From: Paramoeba atlantica
Lineage: Eukaryota; Protista; Discosea
Assembly (NCBI GenBank): GCA_977017575.1
Contig: CDRNVI010000043.1
Span: forward strand, 372,001-436,000
Length of the DNA stretch: 64,000 nucleotides
Reading direction: 5' to 3'
The notes beneath the pieces were generated by a model that saw only the letters and a program-made list of their open reading frames with translations, made no database searches and had not been told where the DNA came from. Every line of letters starts with the position of its first letter. The stretch's first letter is position 1. Position numbers and translations under genes: made by a program. This document shows positions 10,220 to 19,828 of this stretch, piece after piece.

Positions 10220-10830
10220 AATCGACTAGTACGTAATATAGTACGTACTATGAGATACTACTTTTTTGGAATGGAAGGATTTTTTTTCTCAGGTATTGCG
10301 GCACTCCTATTTGACAAAACAAATCGTTACTTTTGATCGAAACAGACGAGACAACCTATTTTGCATGGGCATAGTACAGTATAGAGGACTTTTGCGAGTA
10401 TTTTCACGGTCGACGCTCGGAGCTCTGCTTTTAGAGAGGGATGGGGATAACTTAAAGAGGAAAAACTGCTGCTTGAGAACTGCTGATGAGGGATTATAAC
10501 TGCTGATGATGAGGAACCATCGGAAAAATAATTAAGTTAATTATTTTTTACCAAAAGTATCCTACGAGAGGATCTCAGTTGCCCATGAGGTGCATAAATT
10601 AATCTAATTCGTTTCTGCACCTTTCGTTGTCAGAAAAAGCCCTCTTCTGGGGCATAGTGCTGTAGTAATGTCGAGCTAAATTCAGTCACTAAATTCACAA
10701 AAATAATCAGTTTTTTCTAAAACCCACAAATGTTTGCGTGTTAAAAAATCAAGTTCTTTTTCGAATTTTTGATACTTCCCTCAAAAGGGGCTGTGGGTAC
10801 TGTTTTTTCCCAAAAAATATTTTTCTTGTC

Positions 10831-11944
10831 ATTTCCAGTGCACCACTTTTCTTAAAAACTGTATTCTCATATCCAATGCACCATCAATTATTTAAAGAAG
10901 TATTATTTTATAATATCCTTCGGATCTACACTACAAATCCGCCATTATTCAAGACTTAGTCTTTACGATCGTAATCGTATTCATGCACTCTTCGCATCTG
11001 GCGAGAGTCGGCGAAGCATAGCTCGCATAATTGGCAAAAGTCACAGCACTGTTTGTCGCGAGTTGGCGCGTAATGCAAGAAGGGGTCAGTGCTATGAGGG
11101 GATGAGGGCACATACGCCTCTTGTGTAAAAGGGTAAAGCCTCACAAGATACAAGACCTTTTGCAAGAGGAAGTCAGCTCTCGACTTCAAAAGAAGCACAG
11201 CCCGAAACAGATTGCAAATACGATCCGGAGCTGTCGTACCGCCTCGACTTCTACCATATATCGCCACATTCGTCGCAACGCGTCCTTGGGCGGCAAGTTG
11301 TACACCCATTTGCGGATCCGGCGAAAGAGGCCATACCGTCGTCGCGCTAGACCTGATCGCAGCGCGATTCCCAACCGAACGCCACTTGAAAATCGACCAG
11401 AAGTAGTCAATAAGCGTCGGCGCTACGGCGATTGGGAAGCAGACTTGGTCGACGGCCGAGGACATACCGGATATATTCTTACCCTGTGCGAGCGTAAGAG
11501 TCGCATCCTTGTTCTTCTCAAGTTGGAATCTAAGAACGCGAAGGAGGTAAGCAAACAAATTGTAGACGGGTTAAAGAACACAGGGTTCGGACGATCACAT
11601 ACGACAACGGAACAGAATTCTGACACCATGAAGAAGTAAACAAAGAATTATAATGCAAGTCTTTCTTTTGCGCTCCGTACTATTCGTGGGAGAAAGGGTC
11701 TGTGGAACATGCAAACGATTTGATCCGACAATTCCATCAGAAAACCGAATTTTTTGAGTATTTGAACCAAAGTGAATTAAACAAAACAGCATTGGAATTG
11801 AGCACTCGTCCTCGGAAATTATTAAAATATCGTTCTCCAATGGATTTTGTGAATGAACTCCTCTACATATGTGCATAAGGCCATAGTTCGTAAATCTTTC
11901 ATGGACTAGTGGTCCAGTTTTTAAAAAAGTGTAGCACTTCTACA
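10831..11944 (+). mobile_element. IS30-family insertion sequence (decayed), about 1.1 kb
   Basis: The left IR agtgcaccacttttcttaaaaactg (10837-10861) matches the reverse complement of the right IR cagtttttaaaaaagtgtagcact (11915-11938). The right outer end reads TGTAGA on the minus strand, as recalled for E. coli IS30. The IRs enclose an IS30 transposase pseudogene. Confidence 0.85.
10937..11878 (+). pseudogene. IS30-family DDE transposase pseudogene
   Basis: Three joined frames. HTH: RHYSRLSLYDRNRIHALFASGESRRSIARIIGKSHSTVCRELARN (10940-11128). Core: ...NRPEVVNKRRRYGDWEADLVDGRGHTGYILTLCERKSR (11121-11584). C-terminus: VRTITYDNGTEF*HHEEVNKEL*CKSFFCAPYYSWEKGSVEHANDLIRQF...STRPRKLLKYRSP (11585-11878). 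D at 11442, D at 11603 and E at 11705 give D-33-E spacing. Frameshifts lie near 11114 and 11583, stops at 11621 and 11651, and ATC occupies the presumed start at 10937. Confidence 0.92.
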
Positions 11945-14900
11945 GATCATACACTGTGCAATCTAAGGTTGCGCTGTACTCCTGTACATCGCTTAGACTA
12001 GAGGAGGTAGGAGTGTGCACAATATGATTGCTGCTGTGTGTTATACTGTCTTGACTGTTTGTGTGAATTTTCGAAGCACTTCCACTGCCTCGCTCAAACT
12101 TTTTGTGACGTGTATGCTCTACAATTGAAGGTAGATTTGTTGACCTCTGTGGACTCCCAGATTCGGGGCGTATTTGAGTTACTGTCAAATCTTGAAAAAT
12201 GTTATATTTTTCAAGATGAGATGATTCTATCCTTTCTGACTTCGTTATGAAGGGATCCATTAAGAGATCATCGACGTCTGGGCGTCGCTCCGGATCACGT
12301 TCGAAACATTTCAAGAGGAAGTTATTCAAAATTGGGGGTAGTGATTTCGAACTAATCGTGGGCGGCAATCCAGTGCTCTGCGTTACCATTGTAATAAAGT
12401 TTGAGAGCGAGTCCGTCGAAGGCCATGGTGCCTCGCCGCTGTTCAACATTTCTACCACTGTGCATCCAACAGACCATACATCGACTTTCGCACTAAGATA
12501 ATCGTTCTTGTTAACGTCTTTTACATAATCTTGTTGCGTAGATTTTGTTGTGAAGTCATTAGTCGGAGTCAATCCCGCGTTCTCAACGACAGCTTTAAAT
12601 TCGGTCTGGTGAGAATATTCCACCATAGATGGATTTTTAGCCTTCAACTCGGAACAAGGCAATAGGTCTTTACCCTTCCACTGCACAAGGAGCTCGGGAG
12701 CAGTCCAAGGCAACGTACCGAAAGCATGCTTTGCAAAAGGATTCGTTGTGTGCTTTTCGTTATATGAACATAGCTGATTGTCCACGGTATGTGTTGCGAA
12801 AATCCTGGCATGGCCAAAATCGGCTAGTTTCAGGGTTCCTCTCGAGCTTAATAGTATATTATCCGCCTTGACATCGCAGTGTGACACCTGGTGCGCATGA
12901 AGGTGGGAAAGTCCCATCAACAGTTGCGTGGTAAATTTCTGTATGACACTAATGTCTAACTGTTGACGTCGGCATAGAGCGCCAAGTGTACCGCCTTCTG
13001 CGAATTCCATAACAATGTGTATCTCTGCTTTTTCGGGAAATATATTACAACCGTAGTATTGTACAATGTTTGGATGAGGTGGAAGCGATTTCATTAATTT
13101 TGTTTCTCTAGCAATTATTGCGATGTCTTCTTGCTGCATTGAATCGTATATAGGCAAGACTTTCATCGCCAAAAGCCCTCCACCGCGTTGGACTGCGGCA
13201 TAAACAATCCCATATGACCCTTGTCCAATTTCAGATGTCAATTTATACTGTAAAGTTGCTCGGTCAGACGTTGGGGTAAGAGGTGAATTTAGATCACCCA
13301 CGTGTTTTTCAAGCTGTTCTGTGAGCGATGCACTCGTATGACATGCAAACGTATCGCTATCGGCTTCGGGCCACGAGGGGCCGAAATTTGGCTCCAAATC
13401 ATGCCCCTCAAAGTTTAAATGAAGTAATGGGCGACGTACCTCCTCTTTTTTAACCTTTTCGGGTCCATTCTTTGTCATATAATGTATACGCAGACTTCTA
13501 TAGATTTCCAGGAAAACAAGACATAGCAATATGCAAATTATGAGACTTGTCCAAAAACGTGCACTTTCGACCAATGCGATCAAACGAAAGCTTTTCGATA
13601 GCCCTTGTGAGCTTATGTGCGTGATATTCGCCCGAAAAATAAGCAACTCTGATATGTACTCCGCCGGGCGGTATCCTCCACTGTATGCAAAATCAAATCT
13701 GCTATAGTTCCCAAAGTCTGTGACGAATGGTACCGTAACTGACGACCATGCTGCCATAAACAATCTTTGGAGTCGATTCCTTGTCTCATACACAGGAAAT
13801 AACTTCGCATTGTGCCTGTTTTTTCGCAAGCAGACAAGATCTATAAATCTCTGAGCTGACATTCTCTGCCATTGAGAAGTTGGTACGCGTAGGTCAAATG
13901 TCTCGATTCCTTCCGCTAGTTTGGGCCGCTCTATTTTCGCATCTTGAATGCCTCCTGCGACGAGAAGAAATTCAATTATTGTTCTCGGAGTTCCTAGTTT
14001 TACTGCTGTGAAGTAAGCTCGTGGTGAATGCATTGAATGCAAAGATACCCAATGCAGCAATGATTTATCGGCTGACAGAGTAGACGTACTTGTTTGCAAT
14101 GTCCTCCTCTGAACCTGAGCTCCGCGACCCACTCCCCCAATCGACAACAACGAGCAATTTGATCCACGAAGTAGTTGATGACCCGTAATTGGCAGTATGC
14201 TTCTTCTTCCGGCTGTTGTCCCGAAAACTCTTTCTTCAGAAAATGTGTCCAAATTAAACGAAAAGTACTTTTCGTCCACTATATTTCGATTATGATCTCC
14301 TCCTATTATGTACAACACCGACGAATTTCCTTTCTCGCTGCATTCCGGTGGAAGGATCACAGTCCCAGGAAAGCTTGGTGCCTTGAATGTACTGCCTCCT
14401 AGACTTCGCATTTTCCAGGAAACCGCAGCTAACCAGCGTAAACTTGGAATATGAAATACATCCACCACATGAACAGCAGGCTCTGAACCATCTCTAGGAT
14501 CGTACGAATGTCCACCTATTATAATAATAATATCGTCTTCGTATTCCTTTCCCAAGCTTCTAACAACGTTATTTCGAGAAGAATTGGTTGAATCTACTTT
14601 ACGTTTGAGTTCGGCTCTGCCATACACTCGGGGGGTGTAATATTGGCTTTCTTTCCTTAGAACTGTCCATTTCTTTGACGTTGTATTATATTGCAACGAT
14701 CGTGAGGAAGGTGCCTTGCTGCCTTGAGATCCTTCTCTTCCACCGAAAATAAACACGGAATCTCTATAATAAACGCTGGAATGTCCGTACCGTGGTCTAG
14801 GTAACGTAGTATATTCGAGAACTCCAATATCCAGTACTGAGCGTTCGGTAAAAAAAGCATTAGCGCACGTTTTATTATTCAATATTTGATTCAGATGGAT

Positions 14901-15080
14901 GCAACGTTTGTTGTCATACGCTATGTGATTTTCTTCAGTATTTAAGAAATTTTTGGTCGTGATATTCGTTGGCATGGTCTCGTTCGAAAACAGAAGCGTG
15001 CGTAATCCTTGATTGAAGGGGTGAAAAAAGGAACAATATAGCAAGACAATTACGGCGCGAAAATGCACGAAGAATGTCAT
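11940..15080 (-). CDS. Receptor-like kinase 2: signal-peptide-like N-terminus, Kelch repeats, TM helix, STE11/MAP3K-type kinase (non-RD)
   Basis: PRPRYGHSSVYYRDSVFIFGG, IIIIGG, LYIIGG, LLSIGG and LLVAGG Kelch motifs; TM FWTSLIICILLCLVFLEIY; kinase motifs GQGSYGIV, AMK, HCDVKADN, DFG, GTLPWTAPE, DVWSVGC. Confidence 0.9.
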   Translation of the reverse strand: MTFFVHFRAVIVLLYCSFFHPFNQGLRTLLFSNETMPTNITTKNFLNTEENHIAYDNKRCIHLNQILNNKTCANAFFTERSVLDIGVLEYTTLPRPRYGHSSVYYRDSVFIFGGREGSQGSKAPSSRSLQYNTTSKKWTVLRKESQYYTPRVYGRAELKRKVDSTNSSRNNVVRSLGKEYEDDIIIIIGGHSYDPRDGSEPAVHVVDVFHIPSLRWLAAVSWKMRSLGGSTFKAPSFPGTVILPPECSEKGNSSVLYIIGGDHNRNIVDEKYFSFNLDTFSEERVFGTTAGRRSILPITGHQLLRGSNCSLLSIGGVGRGAQVQRRTLQTSTSTLSADKSLLHWVSLHSMHSPRAYFTAVKLGTPRTIIEFLLVAGGIQDAKIERPKLAEGIETFDLRVPTSQWQRMSAQRFIDLVCLRKNRHNAKLFPVYETRNRLQRLFMAAWSSVTVPFVTDFGNYSRFDFAYSGGYRPAEYISELLIFRANITHISSQGLSKSFRLIALVESARFWTSLIICILLCLVFLEIYRSLRIHYMTKNGPEKVKKEEVRRPLLHLNFEGHDLEPNFGPSWPEADSDTFACHTSASLTEQLEKHVGDLNSPLTPTSDRATLQYKLTSEIGQGSYGIVYAAVQRGGGLLAMKVLPIYDSMQQEDIAIIARETKLMKSLPPHPNIVQYYGCNIFPEKAEIHIVMEFAEGGTLGALCRRQQLDISVIQKFTTQLLMGLSHLHAHQVSHCDVKADNILLSSRGTLKLADFGHARIFATHTVDNQLCSYNEKHTTNPFAKHAFGTLPWTAPELLVQWKGKDLLPCSELKAKNPSMVEYSHQTEFKAVVENAGLTPTNDFTTKSTQQDYVKDVNKNDYLSAKVDVWSVGCTVVEMLNSGEAPWPSTDSLSNFITMVTQSTGLPPTISSKSLPPILNNFLLKCFERDPERRPDVDDLLMDPFITKSERIESSHLEKYNIFQDLTVTQIRPESGSPQRSTNLPSIVEHTRHKKFERGSGSASKIHTNSQDSITHSSNHIVHTPTSSSLSDVQEYSATLDCTVYDL

Positions 15081-15379
15081 AAGCTAGATATTCATTCACC
15101 AATGTTTCGTTAAAATTCAGGCGTTTGTTTGGGATAGCTGCTTCGAATCTTAACCCCTCTTAGAAAACGATATCTAAAGAATGCACACGAATTCAATTAA
15201 TAAGCAGTGCTGGCCACTCTTCAAATAGCCTCCGAACTGTGTAGCGGAATGTATCATGAACTAAGTTCTAATTCGAAAGGTGTTTTTTACTCCGAGTTTT
15301 TACCTATTAGGAAGAATTTCATACGATCCTTATCACGACAGATAAAAAGAACCTAATAAACTAGCTGAAGTTACATTAA

Positions 15380-15547
15380 TTAATCAGTTTTCATGTACTG
15401 GTAAATTTGTTGCTCTTCGGGCTGACCTGCGTCAGTAAATGAGTAACCCAAATTGGTCACCCAAAAAAAGATTTCCTCAGTGAGAGAGATTTGATCCTTT
15501 AGCCTCAACCCGATTCTCTTACTGGGTGGTGTACGGTAATATGCCAT
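15380..15547 (-). CDS. Small hypothetical protein (about 55 aa from MAYYRTPP)
   Basis: Short ORF on the cluster strand; no recognisable motif. Confidence 0.3.
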   Translation of the reverse strand: MAYYRTPPSKRIGLRLKDQISLTEEIFFWVTNLGYSFTDAGQPEEQQIYQYMKTD

Positions 15548-15572
15548 ATTGAGTAGAGACAAGACAAGGCTT

Positions 15573-16187
15573 CTAGCTTTCAAATGGCATCCCACATTTT
15601 TTCCTCAAGCTTGTAGCTTCGTTTTCCAAACGCTTCTTCTCCATTTCTAAGCGTGACATTCCAGATTCTAGTCTTATGATACGATTGTTCCTGTCCTGAA
15701 CACTACATGTTTCAAGCGATATCAGCTGTCGATTTTTTTCTTCTTTGCTCCGCTCTAATTCTATGAGTGCTGTCCTTTCAAAATTGATTTGACTAATCCT
15801 ATTTTCAATTCGCTCGGAATCTCGCACTGCATTTTCCACTTGTTTCGAGATTTCTTTGGCACGTATGCGCAAAAGGTCGTTTTGCCTGAGCAATTCCGCA
15901 TGAAAATGCATAAATTTTAAGCAAAAGCTGTGAGAGAATTCTCCCATCTGTCCAAGTTCCTGCGCAGAAAGTCTGTAAGTGTCTTGCAGGAGTTTAGTAA
16001 AGGAGAGGACTAAAGGGTCAAGCGTTTCATCGAAAGTAGTTAAGGTGCTTTGCATCAATCGTAAATAGTTAATGTACAATGCATTTAATGTGTGATTCGT
16101 CAGTGTAAATATACAATAATGTATAATTAGTGAAGTTATAGTCATGGACGCCACTCTTTTTTCAAAGTCAATATAAATAGAGAACAA
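15573..16187 (-). CDS. Coiled-coil hypothetical protein
   Basis: E/K/R/L-rich heptads in the C-terminal half; the real start may be the internal MQSTL. Confidence 0.55.
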   Translation of the reverse strand: MFSIYIDFEKRVASMTITSLIIHYCIFTLTNHTLNALYINYLRLMQSTLTTFDETLDPLVLSFTKLLQDTYRLSAQELGQMGEFSHSFCLKFMHFHAELLRQNDLLRIRAKEISKQVENAVRDSERIENRISQINFERTALIELERSKEEKNRQLISLETCSVQDRNNRIIRLESGMSRLEMEKKRLENEATSLRKKCGMPFES

Positions 16188-16610
16188 TGACTACACCGTC
16201 AAACTATGAGTTTGAATGTATGGAAAATAATAAGCATGAGAATTGCACATGAGAATTCTTTGATACAAGCATTTGTCCTGGGTACACCAAGATTGCACTA
16301 AGTGTGTAGGAAGATTTGCTCATCCGTCAATTTATTGAATGCCCATATGACAACTTCAGCATAACAATGAATACGTACGTGATCAGAAGACAGCATACGT
16401 CGATGAGCATATCTCTTAAAAAATCTGAACTGCGATTCAATTACAAGCGTCCCTTCAAAGCGCACGACTTCTGCCCATTAAGCACAATAAATCATGTTTA
16501 CCACATTACCTTGCGAGAGAATCTGTTCTCCGTTTACGCGAGGCACATTCTACACAAATACACTTGTAACAATATGATATGTCGTTAGAAGAGTGGAGTT
16601 GCTCATATTT

Positions 16611-18041
16611 CTATGCCTTCAATACGCGGTCGTAAAATTCGCCTTTCAGTTTGTTATCTATTTTGTTCAACATTTCTTTTGGAAACGTGCGAAGCAAAGA
16701 CCAGCATAAATCTAAACTCACAAAGATATCTCTCGTTTCATCGTATTCCTGGCGGAGGAACATGTTTTCGTATTTTTCAAGGAACTGAAGATGGAGGAGA
16801 TCCTCTGTGCTCAGCGCCTCTTCGCCAACTACAGCTTTCATAGCAAGAATATCCCTTGCGATGGCATAAGCCGCATACATTTGATTTGACACAGCACCGT
16901 GGTCTTTTCGTGTCACACCGTCCCCGATTGCGTGTTTCATCAAGCGTGACAAAGATGGCAGAATATTTATGGGGGGATATATCTGACGGTTGTGCAGCTG
17001 ACGATCGATATAAATCTGCCCTTCCGTGATATATCCCGTAAGATCGGGAATCGGATGCGTAATATCGTCATTGGGCATAGTTACAATTGGAATCTGCGTA
17101 ATCGAGCCTGGTTTCCCCGCTACCCGTCCCGCTCGCTCGTAGAGACTAGCGAGGTCGGTGTACATATACCCCGGATAACCACGTCGCCCTGGGACCTCTT
17201 CTCGCGCTGCGCTAATTTCCCGTAATGCATCGGCGTACGAGCTCATATCAGTAAGAATCACCAGCACGTGCTTGCCACAGTCGTAGGCCAGGTACTCTGC
17301 ACACGTTAAAGCGAGGCGTGGGGTGATAATACGCTCAATGGTGGGGTCATTGGCCAAGTTAAGAAATACAACTGTGCGTTCCATTGCACCGTTCTCTTCG
17401 AATTCGCGCCGAAAAAATCGTGCGGCCTCTGCCGTGACACCCATGGCGGCGAATACGATACAGAAACTCGAACTGTTGTCAGCAGCTCCTCCCCTCCTTA
17501 CCAACCCGGCCTGTCGTACGATCTGTGCGGCCAGTTCGTTATGAGGCAATCCAGCACCACTAAACAGGGGAATCTTCTGTCCACGAGAAACGGATGTCAT
17601 GACGTCAATGGAGCTGATACCAGTTTGAATCATTTCTTCGGGATACACACGCGCACTTGGGTTAATGGGCATCCCTGTAATATCCCGATAAAACTCGGGG
17701 AGAACAGGGGGTCCGTCATCGATAGGAATTCCTGAGCCATTGAAGATACGACCCAACATGTCTTCAGTGACCCCGAACTCCATAATTTTCCCGGTAAACT
17801 CGCATGTACTGTCTCGTGCATCAATACCTGCCGTTCCCTCAAATACTTGCACAACCGCTTTGCTGCCGTCAACCTCAAGTACTTGTCCACGACGAGTTGA
17901 ACCATCGGCGAGACGTAAATTCACGATCTCAGCATAGCACGGGCTTCGTACCTTTTCGAGAATAACTAAGGGCCCATTCACGGCGTTTATAGTCCTGTAC
18001 TCCAGCCGAGGCTCTGGAGTCTCCGCCTTCGTGGATGTCAT
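16611..18041 (-). CDS. VMA2: V-type proton ATPase subunit B
   Basis: [76 protein letters not shown]. Confidence 0.98.
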   Translation of the reverse strand: MTSTKAETPEPRLEYRTINAVNGPLVILEKVRSPCYAEIVNLRLADGSTRRGQVLEVDGSKAVVQVFEGTAGIDARDSTCEFTGKIMEFGVTEDMLGRIFNGSGIPIDDGPPVLPEFYRDITGMPINPSARVYPEEMIQTGISSIDVMTSVSRGQKIPLFSGAGLPHNELAAQIVRQAGLVRRGGAADNSSSFCIVFAAMGVTAEAARFFRREFEENGAMERTVVFLNLANDPTIERIITPRLALTCAEYLAYDCGKHVLVILTDMSSYADALREISAAREEVPGRRGYPGYMYTDLASLYERAGRVAGKPGSITQIPIVTMPNDDITHPIPDLTGYITEGQIYIDRQLHNRQIYPPINILPSLSRLMKHAIGDGVTRKDHGAVSNQMYAAYAIARDILAMKAVVGEEALSTEDLLHLQFLEKYENMFLRQEYDETRDIFVSLDLCWSLLRTFPKEMLNKIDNKLKGEFYDRVLKA

Positions 18042-18243
18042 GCGCAGAAACGATAATCAAAAAATAAAAATTTAAACGTGTGGAAATAGTTGCTAGTACT
18101 AAGACGAGATGATACTTGGGAAGAGAATTTGGATACGGAAAACTGAGCCCACAGAATTATTGCATTATGAACTCATACAAATATAGAAGTATAGAACATT
18201 ACGTACAGATATTGAATGGATGCAGGTTCGTAACCTATGGGAG

Positions 18244-19536
18244 CTACACTCCCGTTGTGGCGCTTGCTTTTGATATTGTCGATATACATTGTGTAATCAG
18301 CTCAGCACATTGCGCACCGTATTTCGGACTTTTTTCTACTCTTGAAAGCTCCTTTAACGCATCATTATACTTACCGAACTGAATAAGAAGTCTCGCAGCG
18401 CATAATGTAGAGGCATACGACTCATCATGATCACCACCGTGTAGAAGAGTCGTCATTTTTCTGTGACGAAAAGCGAAGTGCAATGCTTTTTCACATTCAT
18501 TCCTTTTTTCGTAATGGGCCCGAAGCAGTGCAAGTGTTATGCGCACATTCTCATCACCTTTCTCTAAACGATTCTCTAGGAAATTTACAGCTTCCTTCAT
18601 GAAACGAAGGGCGGCGTCCTCACGCCCGCAGCGCAGCAAGGCCAAACCTAACAGGTTCTTAGCATTTGCTGTAATCACATCTTCGTGACCCATAATGCGA
18701 ATACCCTCACGAACAGCCTGTTGTAAGACAGAAACAGCTTTCTCACTGTTGTCCAATTCAAGCAGGGTCGCGCCCCACAATTGCAAATTCTTTATTCTCA
18801 GACACGTCCATCCATGTTCATCAAGATCCAGGCTCTCTGGGTCTTTGGCCGCTGCTTTTAGCTCCATTTGTATTTCATTTTCATTCAGATCTTTGTAAGA
18901 TTCACATACAGAAGCAATAATGGGCTCGGCTTTGTCATGCTCTCCTAGCATGGAGTAGGCTTCAGCTAGCCACGAGGCAACTTGGTCCGCGTACACTGGG
19001 TGACTTTTAGGGACTTTCTCTAGTACAAGTCGAGTGCGGGTGTAATCCCCGTTAAGAGCAAAAATGGTCCCTAAATTCGCTAAGCCAACGGGATCCGTGG
19101 CAAACATAGGGTATCTCTTCAACATTCTTATAGCAATCCTCATCGCCTCATTTCCTTTGCGTTGCTTACAACTCAAAACCATTTCCAATAGTAGTTGTCG
19201 TTGCATCGAAGGATCTGCTCCTGCACATGTTCGTGCAGCTTCTAGCGCGCGTTCGGCCTCGCTCAGCCAGTAGCCTTTAAGACGATACTGAGCCTCGTCT
19301 AACCATTGAAGTTGCGAGTACTCAGATGAAATTATGCCAGTGCGTGGGGGAGATATTCGTTGAAGGTGATCCGTACTCGACCAATCCGGTTGCAGCATGT
19401 ATGGTACTTCATCCGGTGTCTGCGAGCACTCACAGCGTCGATGTGTATTGAGTAGAGCATTGCTAGACAACGACGCCGTCAAACGATTTCGCATAACACG
19501 GGAAACGCGCGAAGGCAGAAGAGCCAATTTATTCAT
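18244..19536 (-). CDS. TPR-repeat protein, possibly mitochondrial
   Basis: Repeated helical TPR-like units (LANLGTIFALNGDY, NLLGLALLRCGREDAAL); N-terminus rich in R, S and L. Confidence 0.65.
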   Translation of the reverse strand: MNKLALLPSRVSRVMRNRLTASLSSNALLNTHRRCECSQTPDEVPYMLQPDWSSTDHLQRISPPRTGIISSEYSQLQWLDEAQYRLKGYWLSEAERALEAARTCAGADPSMQRQLLLEMVLSCKQRKGNEAMRIAIRMLKRYPMFATDPVGLANLGTIFALNGDYTRTRLVLEKVPKSHPVYADQVASWLAEAYSMLGEHDKAEPIIASVCESYKDLNENEIQMELKAAAKDPESLDLDEHGWTCLRIKNLQLWGATLLELDNSEKAVSVLQQAVREGIRIMGHEDVITANAKNLLGLALLRCGREDAALRFMKEAVNFLENRLEKGDENVRITLALLRAHYEKRNECEKALHFAFRHRKMTTLLHGGDHDESYASTLCAARLLIQFGKYNDALKELSRVEKSPKYGAQCAELITQCISTISKASATTGV

Positions 19537-19828
19537 AGCGTATAGAAGTTATGTGAACTATGTTATTAGGTTACTATAGCTTATGGATTTTTTTTAGGAT
19601 TTGCAGGAGCGTCTTTTTAGGTGGAATGTACGTGCTGACTGTTTAATCTCCTTTCAGTAATTATTCGGATACTTTCAATAATGACACACATGATATTCCT
19701 AAGAACTAAATATCATCGGTTAGTAACTTAACTTATCTTGTGAGCGTTCAAGAGTCTATGACTACTAGAAGAGTCTCATGAACGAATTTATTTTGTTCTG
19801 ATAAGAACGATGATGGATGAGCCCAAAG

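Noticed and set aside
10956-11558. 200-aa minus-strand ORF
   Set aside because: It is the antisense shadow of the IS30 transposase, which has strong family motifs on the + strand; no motif of its own.
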